8,857 nt of DNA from a virus (Duplodnaviria; Heunggongvirae; Uroviricota; Caudoviricetes). Under the pieces are notes generated by a model that saw only the letters and a program-made list of their open reading frames with translations, ran no database searches and was not told the DNA's origin. A program made the position numbers and the translations under genes. Location of the stretch: positions 1-8,857 of IMG/VR virus record IMGVR_UViG_2534681772_000005; one strand, given 5' to 3'. Positions 8,478 to 8,857 of the stretch are shown here, one piece after another (the first letter of the stretch is position 1; every line of letters begins with the position of its first letter).

Positions 8478-8506
8478 CTTCTGAGGGTCTGCAGCAGTAA
8501 CCGGAA

Positions 8507-8857
8507 TGAACCGCCCCGGGAATCCTGGAGACTAAACTCCCTGAGAAAGAGGTAAACAGGATGACTAAAAATACTCGTTTTTCCCCCGAAGTCCGTCAGA
8601 GGGCGATTCGTATGGTTCTGGAAAGTCAGGGCGAATATGACTCACAGTGGGCGGCAATTTGTTCCATTGCCCCAAAGATTGACTGTACACCGGAGACTCT
8701 GCGTGTCTGGGTACGCCAGCATGAGCGGGATACCGGAGGCGGTGATGGCGGGCTCACCACCGCTGAACGTCAGCGTCTGAAAGAGCTGGAACGTGAAAAT
8801 CGTGAACTGCGCCGCAGTAACGATATCCTTCGCCAGGCTTCCGCTTATTTTGCGAAG
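8507..8857 (+). mobile_element. IS3-family insertion sequence (IS629/IS1203-like), partial: left terminal inverted repeat plus 5' part of orfA; element continues beyond the window end
   Basis: 8507 begins TGAACCGCCCCGGGAATCCTGGAGACTAAACTCC..; orfA ATG at 8561. It is the inverted counterpart of 1..337, with a single difference (C at 8539 versus the equivalent of T at 305). Confidence 0.85.
8561..8857 (+). CDS. IS3-family transposase OrfA (DNA-binding subunit), N-terminal 99 codons, partial (runs off the window)
   Basis: Translation [99 protein letters not shown]; identical over the shared length to the minus-strand copy at 1..283. Confidence 0.85.
   Translation, partial: MTKNTRFSPEVRQRAIRMVLESQGEYDSQWAAICSIAPKIDCTPETLRVWVRQHERDTGGGDGGLTTAERQRLKELERENRELRRSNDILRQASAYFAK

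Noticed and set aside
338-8506. A defence system, toxin-antitoxin pair, CRISPR array, tRNA or other non-structural cargo inside the phage block
   Set aside because: The whole interval is covered by one co-directional set of structural-gene-sized ORFs with coupled junctions. There is no intergenic space, no direct-repeat/spacer periodicity and no tRNA-like region; nothing supports such a call.
338-8506. Matching target-site duplications at the two inner IS junctions (CTT at 338..340 versus GAA at 8504..8506)
   Set aside because: The two inner flanks are neither identical nor reverse complements. Each IS's partner duplication would lie at its other end, outside the window, so nothing can be concluded about the insertion history from this window.
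727-8555. Plus-strand ORFs of 61-126 aa from the six-frame track (727..915, 982..1239, 1535..1885, 2513..2776, 2941..3135, 3300..3680, 4548..4745, 4940..5149, 6102..6332, 7347..7700, 7830..8015, 8074..8346, 8186..8392, 8262..8555)
   Set aside because: All lie antisense and fully inside long minus-strand genes that have good RBSs and coupled junctions. They lack convincing RBSs and have low-complexity or skewed composition typical of antisense frames. The last one also runs across the IS junction.

Overview
The window is an 8.17-kb block of tightly packed phage morphogenesis genes (338..8506), all on the minus strand, bracketed by two partial copies of an IS3-family insertion sequence in inverted orientation. 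The IS copies (1..337 on the minus strand, 8507..8857 on the plus strand) look IS629/IS1203-like from memory, each showing its left terminal repeat and the 5' part of orfA, both facing inward. In transcription order (right to left) the phage block encodes a scaffold/maturation-like protein with a highly acidic region, a Gly/Ala-rich head protein, a putative major capsid protein, five small head-completion/neck-like proteins, a putative tail sheath, a tail tube, a tail assembly chaperone and the N-terminal part of a tape measure protein. The chaperone carries a textbook -1 frameshift slippery heptamer. Both IS junctions fall inside phage reading frames, so this is most likely a truncated, defective prophage remnant. 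No tRNA, rRNA, CRISPR array or defence-like gene is visible. All functional calls on the phage proteins rest on gene order, size, composition and ribosome-binding sites read by eye; no homology search was run.
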